Source of the DNA: an uncultured Chroococcidiopsis sp.
Lineage (GTDB): Bacteria; Cyanobacteriota; Cyanobacteriia; Cyanobacteriales; Chroococcidiopsidaceae
NCBI GenBank assembly: GCA_964248365.1
Contig: CAXTYC010000003.1
Coordinates: 96,001 to 160,000, forward strand
Direction of reading: 5' to 3'
Length of the DNA: 64,000 nt
In this document: one piece after another, positions 1 to 10,590 of the stretch
How positions within the stretch are numbered: the stretch's first letter is position 1
Layout of the letters: the number at the start of each line of letters is the position of its first letter
Notes under the pieces: model-generated
What the model was told of the DNA's origin: nothing
The model's database searches: none
What the model saw: only the letters and a program-made list of their open reading frames with translations
Translations under genes and position numbers: made by a program

Positions 1-483
1 TGGCAGTTGTACTTGTTGAGATTGAGGGAGTAGGGGAATAAGCTGATTGCCTAATTTAACAGAAACATTGGCATTTGGGGGTGCGATCGCTCCAAAACAA
101 ATCAATTCCCCTGGTAATCTGGCAATATCTACCGCTGGAGTCAAAGAATCTTTACCAAAACTCAACCCAACTGGCGCTTGGGGAGTAGAAGCAAGCCGCT
201 TAACTTTAATCTGAACTTGTTGATTTTGATATTGCACAGTAAAGAGATTATCACCTGGCTGTAATGGGAAAGTTGGGGCAAAATGCCCAGCTTGACTACG
301 GGCTACAGGCTTACCATTCACCAAAACCTCGCCCCTGGGCGGTGCAGATCCAATCAAAAATATGCGATCGGATGTAGTTTGATGGTCAGCTGGTGGATAC
401 ACTACAGAAAGAGGTTGTTCTGCCTGGGCTGGAAATGCCATTAGAGAAGAACTTAAGAAAACTAATCCTAAAATTTTTTTCAC
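1..483 (-). CDS. N-acetylmuramoyl-L-alanine amidase-like secreted protein, N-terminal part (runs off window start)
   Basis: Open frame from GTG at 483: MKKILGLVFLSSSLMAFPAQAEQPLSVVYPPADHQTTSDRIFLIGSAPP..., a signal peptide followed by an N-terminus resembling the cyanobacterial amidase usually divergent from pyrG. The catalytic domain is outside the window. Absent from the ORF track because it is truncated. Confidence 0.65.
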   Translation of the reverse strand, partial: MKKILGLVFLSSSLMAFPAQAEQPLSVVYPPADHQTTSDRIFLIGSAPPRGEVLVNGKPVARSQAGHFAPTFPLQPGDNLFTVQYQNQQVQIKVKRLASTPQAPVGLSFGKDSLTPAVDIARLPGELICFGAIAPPNANVSVKLGNQLIPLLPQSQQVQLP

Positions 484-550
484 GCCAAATAAGTAAGGAA
501 AAGGCAGAAATTATCAATAGATGAATTAACAATTTACCATTGAGCATTAA

Positions 551-697
551 AACAGTTACCAGTTACCACAAATCAGTTACCAGTTATCAGTTACCAATTA
601 CTCAATACCAGTTACCAACTACCAACTACCAGTAGAGAATGATAACTGTTTACTGTTCACTGTTTTTAGCCCCCAGCCCCCAACCCCGCAGCCCCTC
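551..697. repeat. STRR-like heptamer tandem repeats (CAGTTAC/CAACTAC; CAGCCCC)
   Basis: Imperfect cagttac/caactac runs at 551-633, then actgtt and agcccc runs, in the amidase-pyrG spacer. Confidence 0.75.
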
Positions 698-738
698 AAT
701 AATATGGCACAATTGACAGGTGTAATTCTACAAGTTAA

Positions 739-2388
<1,650 letters not shown>

Positions 2389-2417
2389 CATCCCACCAAT
2401 GCCCACCACCTTTAATC

Positions 2418-3365
2418 CTAGCCGAGGGCAACGCTGCGCGAACATCCTTCCAACTTCGTCCAAGCCAACTTAGCAGCGCCCACCATCCCCGCCTGATTCC
2501 CTAATTCGGCACACAACAACTGTAAACCAGCACGGGAACTAGGTAACACCCGCCGTTCAATCTCAGCCAAAACAGAGGGAAAGAAAAATTCGCTACTTGC
2601 ACTCACACCGCCACCAATCACGATCGCTTCTGGTGTCAGCACATAAATCAGACTCGCCAAACCAGCCCCCAAATCTCTACCATAATTGCGCCAAAATGTC
2701 AAGGCATTGGCATCGCCTGCTTTAGCCATAGCACCCAAAAGGGCTGGTTCTAAACCCGTACTACGTTTAATCGCTGTAACTGAGACATACTGCTCTAGAG
2801 AGCCTTGATTACCACTATTACACGGTGGTCCATCAGGGTTTAAAGTAATTAACCCTAGTTCCCCAGCTGCTCCTTGATGTCCGACAAACAATTTACCATC
2901 CAGAATAATCGCTCCCCCAACACCAGTACCCAGCGTCAGCAGAATTAGATTATTGAATTTACGACCAGCCCCTAGCCAAGCTTCTCCTAAACCCGCACAA
3001 TTAGCATCATTGGCGAGAATTGTAGGACGACCTGTTTTTGCTTCCAAGTAGTCAGCTAGGGGAACATCATGCCAGCCAGCTAAATTAATTGCAACGATAG
3101 CAATTCTACCAGCAGCATCAGCAGGACCTGGAGTACCAACACCAATCGCAACGCATTGTTCGGTAGGATCAATAGAAGCGATCGCCTCCACCATTACAGC
3201 CAAAACCGCCTCTGGCGTTGCGGGTTGGGGAGTAGGCACACTCAACGACTGCAAGCAAGTTCCATTGTGACTAAATTTGCCCAGCTTGATCGCCGTTCCC
3301 CCCAAGTCAATGCCAATTACTTGCGGCTGTTGATTAAGTTGATTTAAATCGGGTTCTTTCCCCAT
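2418..3365 (-). CDS. ROK family sugar kinase (glucokinase-like)
   Basis: GIDLGGT, NDANCAGLGE, LGTGVGG, GELG, CxxGNxGSLE ROK motifs. Confidence 0.92.
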   Translation of the reverse strand: MGKEPDLNQLNQQPQVIGIDLGGTAIKLGKFSHNGTCLQSLSVPTPQPATPEAVLAVMVEAIASIDPTEQCVAIGVGTPGPADAAGRIAIVAINLAGWHDVPLADYLEAKTGRPTILANDANCAGLGEAWLGAGRKFNNLILLTLGTGVGGAIILDGKLFVGHQGAAGELGLITLNPDGPPCNSGNQGSLEQYVSVTAIKRSTGLEPALLGAMAKAGDANALTFWRNYGRDLGAGLASLIYVLTPEAIVIGGGVSASSEFFFPSVLAEIERRVLPSSRAGLQLLCAELGNQAGMVGAAKLAWTKLEGCSRSVALG

Positions 3366-3476
3366 AGCTTTAGCTTAAATGGCAATTCTCAAGGTAAGCT
3401 AAAAAACATTCAATTTTCACACCACAATTAGATAAATCTCTTGTGGAGCTTGCCCCTTCTGCCTCGAAATGCAATC

Positions 3477-3671
3477 TTATTTAAGCGACAGCTTATAACT
3501 AACAGCTTCATCTGCATGAACCGATTGCTGTAGAGACGTTGTATGCAATCTCTCTACACTAGGCGACGATTTCAAAGATGTTACCGGAGTAGCATGAATA
3601 ATGCTAGCAGTGGCAAGGGAAAGCATAAAACCACCAGCAGCAGCAGCAATTAAGAAAAGAGGATCTTTCAT
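3477..3671 (-). CDS. small hypothetical protein with N-terminal hydrophobic/signal segment
   Basis: 64-aa ORF with ATG start that fills the gap between ROK and permease; hydrophobic N-terminus. Confidence 0.5.
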   Translation of the reverse strand: MKDPLFLIAAAAGGFMLSLATASIIHATPVTSLKSSPSVERLHTTSLQQSVHADEAVSYKLSLK

Positions 3672-3738
3672 CGAAATTTTTTAACCAGAAACACAGCTAT
3701 ACAAAGATAACCGAATTAGCGACAAGTGGCTGGCAAAA

Positions 3739-3826
3739 CCAGAGGAACCAGAGGAACCAGAGGCTAGGGAAAGGGAAAGGGTAAAGGGTAAAGGTAATTT
3801 CCCCCCTGCCCCTCTGCCCCCTTGCT
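3739..3826. repeat. short tandem repeats (CCAGAGGAA x3, GGGAAA/GGGTAAA runs, CTGCCCCT)
   Basis: Seen directly; the same units recur at about 30545-30580, 36522-36550 and 51808-51865. Confidence 0.75.
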
Positions 3827-3859
3827 GTCATAACAAAGAATTTAGAACACACAACGAGA

Positions 3860-4762
3860 TCAAGGAGGTGTCTGATTCCAATTATCGCGCCGCAAACGAG
3901 GATTGACAAATTCATTCAAACCCTCACCTAGCAAGGATAGCCCTACAACCATTAAAGTCATCGCTAAACCTGGAAACAAAGCCGTCCACCATATCCCAGT
4001 AGGTAGTGCTTCCAAAGCTCCGCGCAGATCGTGTCCCCATTCTGGCACTTGTTCCGGCAATCCTAAACCCAGGAAACCCAAACCGCCTAATGTCAAAATA
4101 GCATCGGCAGCATTCAGGGTGAATAACACAGGTACACTCTGAATTACATTTAAAAATAGATAGCGAGTCAGCACTCGCCAAGTAGAAGCACCCATTGCTT
4201 GGGCGGCTTCGATAAACAATTCAGTTTTGACGCTAACCGTGTGATTTCGGACAACGCGGTAATATTGGGGAATGTAGGCAATGCTAATAGCGATCGCAGC
4301 ATTCAAAATTCCCCTTCCCACCACAAACGCCAGCGTCACCGACAGCAACAGCCCTGGCAAAGTGTAGATACTATCCATCAAAAACAACAACACGCGATCG
4401 AGTCTACCACTCAGATAACCACTCACCAAACCCAACGGCACACCAATCACAACACTAAAAGCCGTCGCCAATATCACCACTTGCAGCGCAGCCCCACTAC
4501 CAAACAGCGTCCGCGAAAACACATCATAACCTGCGCGACTCGTACCAAACCAATGACTCCACGAGGGCGGCTCGTGGATAGGATTAATTAAAGACTGAGT
4601 GGGATTTTGCAGCCAGCCCCAAGCTTGAAACACGGGAGACAGAATTGCTATACACAAAAAAATGAGGGTAATAGCTAAACCTACCCCCATTAATTGTAGA
4701 GAAAGACTAGGACGACCAGAAAAACTAAGAAACCTGGGTTTTTGACGTTTTGTAACAGCCAT
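3860..4762 (-). CDS. peptide/nickel ABC transporter permease (DppC/OppC-like)
   Basis: HWFGTSRAGYDVFSR, EAA loop (FIEAAQAMGAS), LGFLGLG...PEWG; ATG at 4762 preferred over upstream alternative start. Confidence 0.92.
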   Translation of the reverse strand: MAVTKRQKPRFLSFSGRPSLSLQLMGVGLAITLIFLCIAILSPVFQAWGWLQNPTQSLINPIHEPPSWSHWFGTSRAGYDVFSRTLFGSGAALQVVILATAFSVVIGVPLGLVSGYLSGRLDRVLLFLMDSIYTLPGLLLSVTLAFVVGRGILNAAIAISIAYIPQYYRVVRNHTVSVKTELFIEAAQAMGASTWRVLTRYLFLNVIQSVPVLFTLNAADAILTLGGLGFLGLGLPEQVPEWGHDLRGALEALPTGIWWTALFPGLAMTLMVVGLSLLGEGLNEFVNPRLRRDNWNQTPP

Positions 4763-4832
4763 AAGCGATCGCCCTACCAAGACTTGATACGCTGACCATT
4801 CTTACACCAATTGTGACCAAAAAAAGGTAACA

Positions 4833-4921
4833 GCCACCCATGCCCACCTTACTATTTATGAATTATGAATGATGAATAATAAATTATAAATTCAACATTC
4901 ACTATGGTGGGCATGGGTGGC
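4833..4921. repeat. inverted pair of REP-like repeats (GCCACCCATGCCCACC ... GGTGGGCATGGGTGGC)
   Basis: 16-bp perfect inverted repeat around an AT-rich spacer; related to the GTAGGGTGGGCATTGCCCACC family. Confidence 0.75.
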
Positions 4922-5007
4922 ATACTATTTTCCTAACGTTTAACTTTTGAGTTCACACTTGATACTTCACACTTCATCCTTTCTCTCGCCCCAGCCAAAG
5001 CCCCTAA

Positions 5008-6375
5008 TTACAGATAACTCTCAATCAACTGGCGGTACTGACTCTTTGGCTTAATACCTTTAGATTCAGCCAACAACTCCTTATCCTTGAAAAACTGAAT
5101 TGTAGGCGTTCCAGTTACACCAGCATTCACAGCAATCTCTTGATCTTGGGCGATATCAATCTCGACAAAGTGAATTTTGCCGTCAAACTCATCCACTACT
5201 TTATTCAATATTGGCTTAAGAGTGTGGCAAGGTCCACAACCTGGGGAGACATATTTTACTATTAGTAGGCGATCGCTCTCATGAAATAGCTTGCGCAAAG
5301 CATAGCCACCATGATGGCGCGTCATATTCACATCAAATTCAGGCTGCACCGTCTGCTCTGGTTGATGCTCCAATTCATTATCTGGAGTCTCAGCCTTTTG
5401 ATGAAATTCTTGAATCAGTCCATTCACCGACAGCCACCGTTCTGCCAACATCGCCGCCATACAACCCGTACCAGCAGCAGTGATCGCTTGACGATATTCG
5501 TGATCCTGCACGTCACCAGCTGCAAACACGCCTTCTACACTGGTTTCCACAGAACCTGGTTTCGTCACAACATAACCCACATCATCCAGCTCTATCTGTC
5601 CCTCAAATAGAGATGTATTTGGTTTGTGACCGATCGCGTAGAATAAACCCTTAACGTGCAGTTCGCTTTGTTCACCTGTTTTGGTATTGCGGATATGCAC
5701 TCCTTCCATGTGGTTGTCATTACCAAACACATCTACAGGCTCACTATTCCAGTGAACACGAATTCTGGGGTTACTCAAAACTCGATCTTGCATGGCTTTA
5801 CTCGCCCGCATCTTGTCGCCACGCACCAGCAAATTCACCTGATCGCCATACTTTGTCAGGTATATCGCCTCTTCCGCCGCCGAGTCACCGCCCCCTACTA
5901 CAGCTAATTCTGCACCGTGAAAAATCGGCGTAGCTCCATCACAAATCGCACACGCTGAAATTCCTCGGCTCCAAAACTGCCCTTCACAAGGTAGCCCCAA
6001 ACGCTTGGCTGTTGCTCCCGTAGCAATTACAATACTGTTTGTCTTAATCTCCCGATCTTCAGAACGAACAGTAAAAGGACGCTGGCTAAGGTCAACTTCA
6101 ATCACATCCTCAGTGTACAATTCAGCCCCCCAGCGCTCCGCCTGAGCCTTCATTTTATCCATCAGGTGGGGTCCAGTAATACCTTGGGGAAAACCAGGGA
6201 AATTCTCTACCTCAGTCGTCGTCATCAACTGCCCACCTGGTAAACCCCCCGCTTGATAGCCTTCAAACACAATCGGTTTAAGATTAGCTCTAGCCGCATA
6301 TATTGCAGCTGTATAACCTGCTGGACCAGAACCAATAATCACTAAGTTCTCTACGGTGGGAGTAGTCATAGGCAT
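5008..6375 (-). CDS. trxB: NADPH-thioredoxin reductase C (NTR fused to C-terminal thioredoxin)
   Basis: [11 protein letters not shown] motif, CAIC redox motif, GGGDSA, C-terminal Trx domain with CGPC. Confidence 0.96.
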   Translation of the reverse strand: MPMTTPTVENLVIIGSGPAGYTAAIYAARANLKPIVFEGYQAGGLPGGQLMTTTEVENFPGFPQGITGPHLMDKMKAQAERWGAELYTEDVIEVDLSQRPFTVRSEDREIKTNSIVIATGATAKRLGLPCEGQFWSRGISACAICDGATPIFHGAELAVVGGGDSAAEEAIYLTKYGDQVNLLVRGDKMRASKAMQDRVLSNPRIRVHWNSEPVDVFGNDNHMEGVHIRNTKTGEQSELHVKGLFYAIGHKPNTSLFEGQIELDDVGYVVTKPGSVETSVEGVFAAGDVQDHEYRQAITAAGTGCMAAMLAERWLSVNGLIQEFHQKAETPDNELEHQPEQTVQPEFDVNMTRHHGGYALRKLFHESDRLLIVKYVSPGCGPCHTLKPILNKVVDEFDGKIHFVEIDIAQDQEIAVNAGVTGTPTIQFFKDKELLAESKGIKPKSQYRQLIESYL

Positions 6376-6458
6376 TAAACAAACTCATAACGACTACGTT
6401 TAGCATAACATAAAAAATCATGCAAGTAGGGTGCGTTACTAACTTGGCACACGCTCGC

Positions 6459-6606
6459 GCGATCGCCCCAACCCTTTTCATATAGCCCCCCTTTGATCCT
6501 CCTTCCGTCAGAGTTTTAAAGGGGGAAACTCTTGTCAGGGAAGCTATTAATATTAGGGAGATAGGGCAGATCATAGCCCCCCTTTTTAAGGGGGGATGGG
6601 GGGATC
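6459..6606. repeat. HIP1-led palindromic repeat (ATAGCCCCCCTT..AAGGGGGG.TGGGGGGATC), left copy
   Basis: 6459-6493 matches 9703-9737 and 6573-6606 matches 9726-9759. Confidence 0.75.
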
Positions 6607-6686
6607 AGACTCGTTTCCAGGCATCGCTGTGGAAACGAGAAATTCGAGGCTCAGCCTCGCGTTGGCTGCTAGTGCAAGATCTCAAT

Positions 6687-7262
6687 TCAAGCAAAAATAC
6701 GGGACAAATCTAGCACGAAACCTGGCAACACGTCTTCTCCAGACAAACTGGTGGGCGATTGTAACACTACAACGGATTGACCAAGACGATAGATCAGGGC
6801 AGTGCGATCGCCAGGATTGATCAGCCAACCCAACCGACAGCCGTTATCTACGTACTCCCGCATCTTCGCTTGTAGCTCCTCAAGAGTGTCGGTAGGCGAT
6901 CTCAGTTCTACCACGAAATCAGGACACAAGGGTGGGTAGCCATCTTTTTGCTTTTGGGTGAGAGCATCCCAACGTTCTCGTGACACCCAAGACGCATCAG
7001 GAGAGCGTTTAGCACCACTGGGGAGGATAAAAAGTGTTGAGGAATCAAAGCCTTCCCCTAAATCTAGATTCTCCTCAACCCAATTTCCAAACTGTCTTGA
7101 TAGAGAGAGATTTTTGCTTCCAGATCTCCCTCCTGTTGGTGGCACTACAATTAATTCTCCTTCTGCTGTTTGTTCAAAATTCCAATCTGGATTAGCTCGA
7201 ACGATCCGCTCGAAGTCTGCATCCTTTAGCTTCAGTGCGTGTATAGTTAGGCTGCTGTGCAT
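6687..7262 (-). CDS. Uma2 family (PD-(D/E)XK) endonuclease
   Basis: FEQTAEGELIVVPPTGG, RSPDASW, PDFVVELRSPTD, GCRLGWLINP. Confidence 0.93.
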   Translation of the reverse strand: MHSSLTIHALKLKDADFERIVRANPDWNFEQTAEGELIVVPPTGGRSGSKNLSLSRQFGNWVEENLDLGEGFDSSTLFILPSGAKRSPDASWVSRERWDALTQKQKDGYPPLCPDFVVELRSPTDTLEELQAKMREYVDNGCRLGWLINPGDRTALIYRLGQSVVVLQSPTSLSGEDVLPGFVLDLSRIFA

Positions 7263-7285
7263 CTACTCCCCCTGTGTCTATCCCA

Positions 7286-7397
7286 GACAAAATGCAGTTA
7301 TTTCCTTAGCCAATACCAGAATTACCCAAATACCGTTTCGCTTGGATGAAATAGAAACCACCATTAACAGCGATGTGGAACAAGTTTAAGCTATTTC
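7286..7397 (+). pseudogene. degenerate internal fragment of a PIN/VapC toxin gene plus its downstream flank
   Basis: Translates QNAVISLANTRITQIPFRLDEIETTIN versus KQAVIFLVNSGVVQIPFRLDEEAGLIN in the intact vapC at 9196-9618. It is followed by GAACAAGTTTAAGCTATTTC, which is also found just after the intact vapC (about 9643-9662). Confidence 0.7.
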
Positions 7398-7442
7398 ACA
7401 GCACAAGAGCGATCCCACTGGCTGTTACTACATCCAAACAAA

Positions 7443-7822
7443 GCGATGCCGAAGGCAAGAGCCTCGCTCTACGCACTTCTGCTACTAGATTCAATCAGCC
7501 GCACCCCATTTGATACATCCATATAGGCGATCGCACCCTGTTTAATATCTATTGGCGATCGCATCTTTATATATATAAATGATCGCACTTTGTCTAATAA
7601 TGCTAGAGGCGATGCCGAAGGCTAGGGCGAAGCCCTACGCATTCCTGTTATAATTAGCCTCAATAGTCCGCGCAGGCGTAATTTTTCTGTGTAGACGCGA
7701 ATTATATTCGTACCACGCTCTATTTCACCAACAAGCGATGCCGAAGGCTTGGGCGAAGCCCTACGCATTCCTACCATGACATCTTACCAGGCGATACCGA
7801 AGGCAAGAGCCTCGCTCTACGC
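7443..7822. repeat. four HIP1 sites split by 24-nt inserts (SDR5-like small dispersed repeats)
   Basis: GCGAT-[24 nt]-CGC at 7443-7474, 7609-7640, 7735-7766 and 7791-7822. Confidence 0.85.
7608..7733 (+). repeat. ~125-bp imperfect direct repeat, left copy flanking higBA
   Basis: Aligns end to end with 8653-8779, sharing ATTCCTGTTA, GCCTCAATAGTCCG, TAGACGC and CCACGCTCTATTTCACCAACA. Confidence 0.8.
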
Positions 7823-7849
7823 ACTTTTTGCCTTTAGGGGTGGTAGCCA

Positions 7850-8248
7850 TCAGAGAAATAGACTGGGTGAGACTTTAAATCGCTCACCTAAGACTTTTGC
7901 TTGAGCTTTGCTAATCGCTCGTTTACCATTAACGATTTCTGAAACTACGCCACTAGAGCCAATTATTCCCACTAAATCGGCTTGCCGCATTCCACTTGCT
8001 GCCATCAGGTGTTGAAGAACTTCATAAGGTTTTGACTCTGGAATAGGGTGATGCTCGGACTCATACAACTCCACCAGTGTCACTAGTAGCTTGTAAAGGG
8101 TTCGTTCCTCCGCCGTGCGATTTTTAGTAAAATGCAATCGCTCCGTTAGGGCAAGAATCCGCTCGTATTCCATCTCCGTTTCAATGACTTTTGGCGCTGC
8201 TTGGGCAAGTAAATTACTGTAAGTTGCTTCATCAAAAGTAAGGGTCAT
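7850..8248 (-). CDS. higA: HigA-family antitoxin (HTH)
   Basis: MTLTFD...LVELYESEH, HTH QADLVGIIGSSGVVSEIVNGKRAISK; overlaps higB stop. Confidence 0.9.
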   Translation of the reverse strand: MTLTFDEATYSNLLAQAAPKVIETEMEYERILALTERLHFTKNRTAEERTLYKLLVTLVELYESEHHPIPESKPYEVLQHLMAASGMRQADLVGIIGSSGVVSEIVNGKRAISKAQAKVLGERFKVSPSLFL

Positions 8249-8531
8249 TTTTCCATTTGTTTTTGTCATACTCGGCGTGTGTGAGAAAGTATTTGTAATA
8301 AATCGTGCTGTCTTCGTAATCGATCCCTACAATTAGGCGATATGCATTTCCTTTAATATTAAACACGGTGAAGTTGCCTACTGCTTCGGCATCTCGATAA
8401 ATGGCTCGAACCTCCTCCAAACTCCTCCATTTCGCACTTTTCACCGTCGCGTACCAGGCTTCAATTTGCTTGCTGACATCGGGATACTGAGCAACATCGG
8501 CTCGCAGTCGGCTAATGGCAATCAAGTGCAT
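8232..8531 (-). CDS. higB: HigB-family toxin (mRNA interferase)
   Basis: MHLIA..., FTVFNIKGNAYRLIV, FLTHAEYDK; toxin-first order. Confidence 0.92.
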   Translation of the reverse strand: MHLIAISRLRADVAQYPDVSKQIEAWYATVKSAKWRSLEEVRAIYRDAEAVGNFTVFNIKGNAYRLIVGIDYEDSTIYYKYFLTHAEYDKNKWKNDPYF

Positions 8532-8652
8532 CTTGGTTCATGAAATGACAAATTCTCCTGATCAGTTGAGACCACTTCTATACTCTCAAAATGAGAGTAC
8601 TTCGGCAACCCGAATTTCACAAGTCAGATTTACGCCATTAATACGGTCACTC

Positions 8653-8779
8653 GGCGATGCCGAAGGCTTGGGCGAAGCCCTACGCATTCCTGTTATGATT
8701 ACGCCTCAATAGTCCGTGCAAGTAGATTTTGCCTGTCTAGACGCAAATTTAATTTCCCCCACGCTCTATTTCACCAACA
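8653..8779 (+). repeat. ~125-bp imperfect direct repeat, right copy flanking higBA (begins with split HIP1 8654-8685)
   Basis: Aligns with 7608-7733. Confidence 0.8.
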
Positions 8780-8807
8780 GGCTCGCGCATTTTTACTTCA
8801 CCTAAAG

Positions 8808-8848
8808 GCGATCGCCCCCTTTGGATGGAAGGGGTGGGGGGCGATCGC
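8808..8848. repeat. 41-bp HIP1-bounded inverted repeat, left arm
   Basis: GCGATCGCCCCCTTTGGATGGAAGGGGTGGGGGGCGATCGC is the exact reverse complement of 9670-9710. Confidence 0.9.
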
Positions 8849-8959
8849 ACAGGCTTGGGCGAAACCCTACGCACTACATTTGATAAATCGCGCGTCTGCG
8901 ATGTGCTAGTCTCAAGCTTTGATAATAGAGTAACCATCAAATTATATAGAGACGCGCAT

Positions 8960-9196
8960 ATGAATATTGAGCAGACAGTATTAGAAAAGCTGAAAACCCT
9001 TCCAGCAGAAAAACAGCAAGAGGTGCTTGATTTTGTCGAGTTTCTCCAAAGCAAGACGCATCAGAGATCCAACACTCAAGAAAGTAAGCCAGTAGTGTCA
9101 GCTCTGACTCTTGCCCAAAAATGGGTTGGCTGTCTGGAAGGAGGACCCCCAGATCTTTCCACGAACAAAAAGTATATGGAAGGATACGGAGAGTAA
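8960..9196 (+). CDS. putative antitoxin (DUF2281-like, VapB partner)
   Basis: MNIEQTVLEKLKTLPAEKQQEVLDFVEFL...GPPDLSTNKKYMEGYGE; stop overlaps start of the PIN gene; ATG at 8960. Confidence 0.8.
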   Translation: MNIEQTVLEKLKTLPAEKQQEVLDFVEFLQSKTHQRSNTQESKPVVSALTLAQKWVGCLEGGPPDLSTNKKYMEGYGE

Positions 9197-9618
9197 TGCG
9201 ACGGCAGGTTTTGCTAGATACGGGTCTCATTGTTGCTTTTCTCAAACGACAAGATCAATTTCATAGCTGGATAACACAAGAATGGGCAACTATCGAACCA
9301 CCTCTGTTAACTTGTGATGCGGTGATTTCTGAAGCTTGTTTTCTGTTGCGTAATGTCTGTAAAGGTAAACAAGCGGTTATTTTCCTAGTCAATAGTGGAG
9401 TAGTTCAGATCCCCTTTCGCTTGGATGAAGAAGCTGGTTTAATTAATGAACTGCTGACTCGCTACCAATCTGTACCGATGTCTGTAGCTGATGCGTGTCT
9501 CGTTCGGATGAGTGAGCAATACGGGGAAAGTATGTTGTTAACTCTCGATAGTGATTTCAGAATTTATCAAAAAAATAGGAATCAAATAATTCCTATAATT
9601 ATGCCCAAAGATATATAG
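9196..9618 (+). CDS. vapC: PIN-domain (VapC-like) toxin
   Basis: VLLDTG, VISEA, MSVADA, LTLDSDF acidic PIN motifs; ATG at 9196. Confidence 0.88.
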   Translation: MRRQVLLDTGLIVAFLKRQDQFHSWITQEWATIEPPLLTCDAVISEACFLLRNVCKGKQAVIFLVNSGVVQIPFRLDEEAGLINELLTRYQSVPMSVADACLVRMSEQYGESMLLTLDSDFRIYQKNRNQIIPIIMPKDI

Positions 9619-9669
9619 ACAGATACCTAAAAAAGTGTGGTAGAACAAGTTTAAGCTATTTCTAGAAGC

Positions 9670-9710
9670 GCGATCGCCCCCCACCCCTTCCATCCAAAGG
9701 GGGCGATCGC
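9670..9710. repeat. 41-bp HIP1-bounded inverted repeat, right arm
   Basis: Exact reverse complement of 8808-8848. Confidence 0.9.
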
Positions 9711-9759
9711 CCCCACCCTCTTCATATAGCCCCCCTTAAAAAGGGGGGTTGGGGGGATC
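9703..9759. repeat. HIP1-led palindromic repeat, right copy
   Basis: Direct repeat of segments within 6459-6606. Confidence 0.75.
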
Positions 9760-9966
9760 TAACACGCGATCGCTTTTGCTTTGTAAACCTACTGCGATCG
9801 CTAAAGCCGATCTGCTTGAGGACACGCGGAAAATCATACAGCTTATTCTCTCGCAAGAGAGGACGAAATAGTTAGCCGTAGTTGATACGAAAACTAGCAA
9901 AGATGGGTAGCCTACATCTAGCAGCTAAGAATTCTTCAACTATCCTTTCACAAGCAGATTGTAAGC

Positions 9967-10506
9967 ATGAAAACGGAACCGAAAGTTAAGTTCCTGCAAC
10001 ACCTATACCAAAAAAAGCAGGACGAAGGTTTCACGCTAATTGAACTACTTGTGGTCGTTATCATCATCGGCATTTTATCTGCGATCGCTCTACCCAACTT
10101 CTTTAACCAGGCTGCTAAAGCCAAACAATCTGAAGCTAAACAAAATATTGGTATTGTCAACCGTACTCAAATTGCCCATCGAACTGAAAATAACCAGTTT
10201 GCTGCTAGCTTTGATGCTTTAGCGCTTGGTACGCTCACAGGTAGTAGCACCACAACCACTACTAATTATTCGTACACAATTGCTGGTGATGTTGATACAG
10301 CTACCATTATTGCCACAGCTAGGGATGCCTCCCTCAAAGCTTATTCTGGTGGTAACAGTAGGGATACTACCGTCTCCAACGATACTGTAATTGCTAGTAT
10401 CATTTGTGAGGCAAATACTCCAGGTACAGCAGCGGCTAGCGTACCTATAGTTAATAATACCGCAGCTCCTACTTGTCCTAGTGACTACAGGAAGCTTAAC
10501 CCGTAG
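9967..10506 (+). CDS. pilA: type IV pilin (PilA-like)
   Basis: G/FTLIELLVVVIIIGIL prepilin site, AKQSEAK, two C-terminal Cys. Confidence 0.92.
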   Translation: MKTEPKVKFLQHLYQKKQDEGFTLIELLVVVIIIGILSAIALPNFFNQAAKAKQSEAKQNIGIVNRTQIAHRTENNQFAASFDALALGTLTGSSTTTTTNYSYTIAGDVDTATIIATARDASLKAYSGGNSRDTTVSNDTVIASIICEANTPGTAAASVPIVNNTAAPTCPSDYRKLNP

Positions 10507-10590
10507 GGTGGGCATTGCCCACCATTATCCCAAACCGTTTTGCCACCCATGCCCACCATTATCCCACCATTATCAGATTTGGTGGGCTAC
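10503..10590. repeat. REP-like cluster (GTAGGGTGGGCATTGCCCACC family)
   Basis: GTAG tetranucleotide plus GGTGGGCA-TT-GCCCACC hairpin; other copies at 13838, 35314 and 43149. Confidence 0.8.

Noticed and set aside
3697..3915. 72-aa ORF with FLWFLWF repeats
   Set aside because: It is a translation of tandem repeats and overlaps the permease 3' end.
7443..7822. Possible CRISPR array (recurring ~32-bp palindromic units)
   Set aside because: Spacing is irregular (24-134 bp), units vary internally, each is a split HIP1 site, and there are no cas genes in the window.
8825..8959. ORF-track N-terminal extension of the antitoxin
   Set aside because: It is read through HIP1/repeat DNA; ATG 8960 gives a typical antitoxin start.
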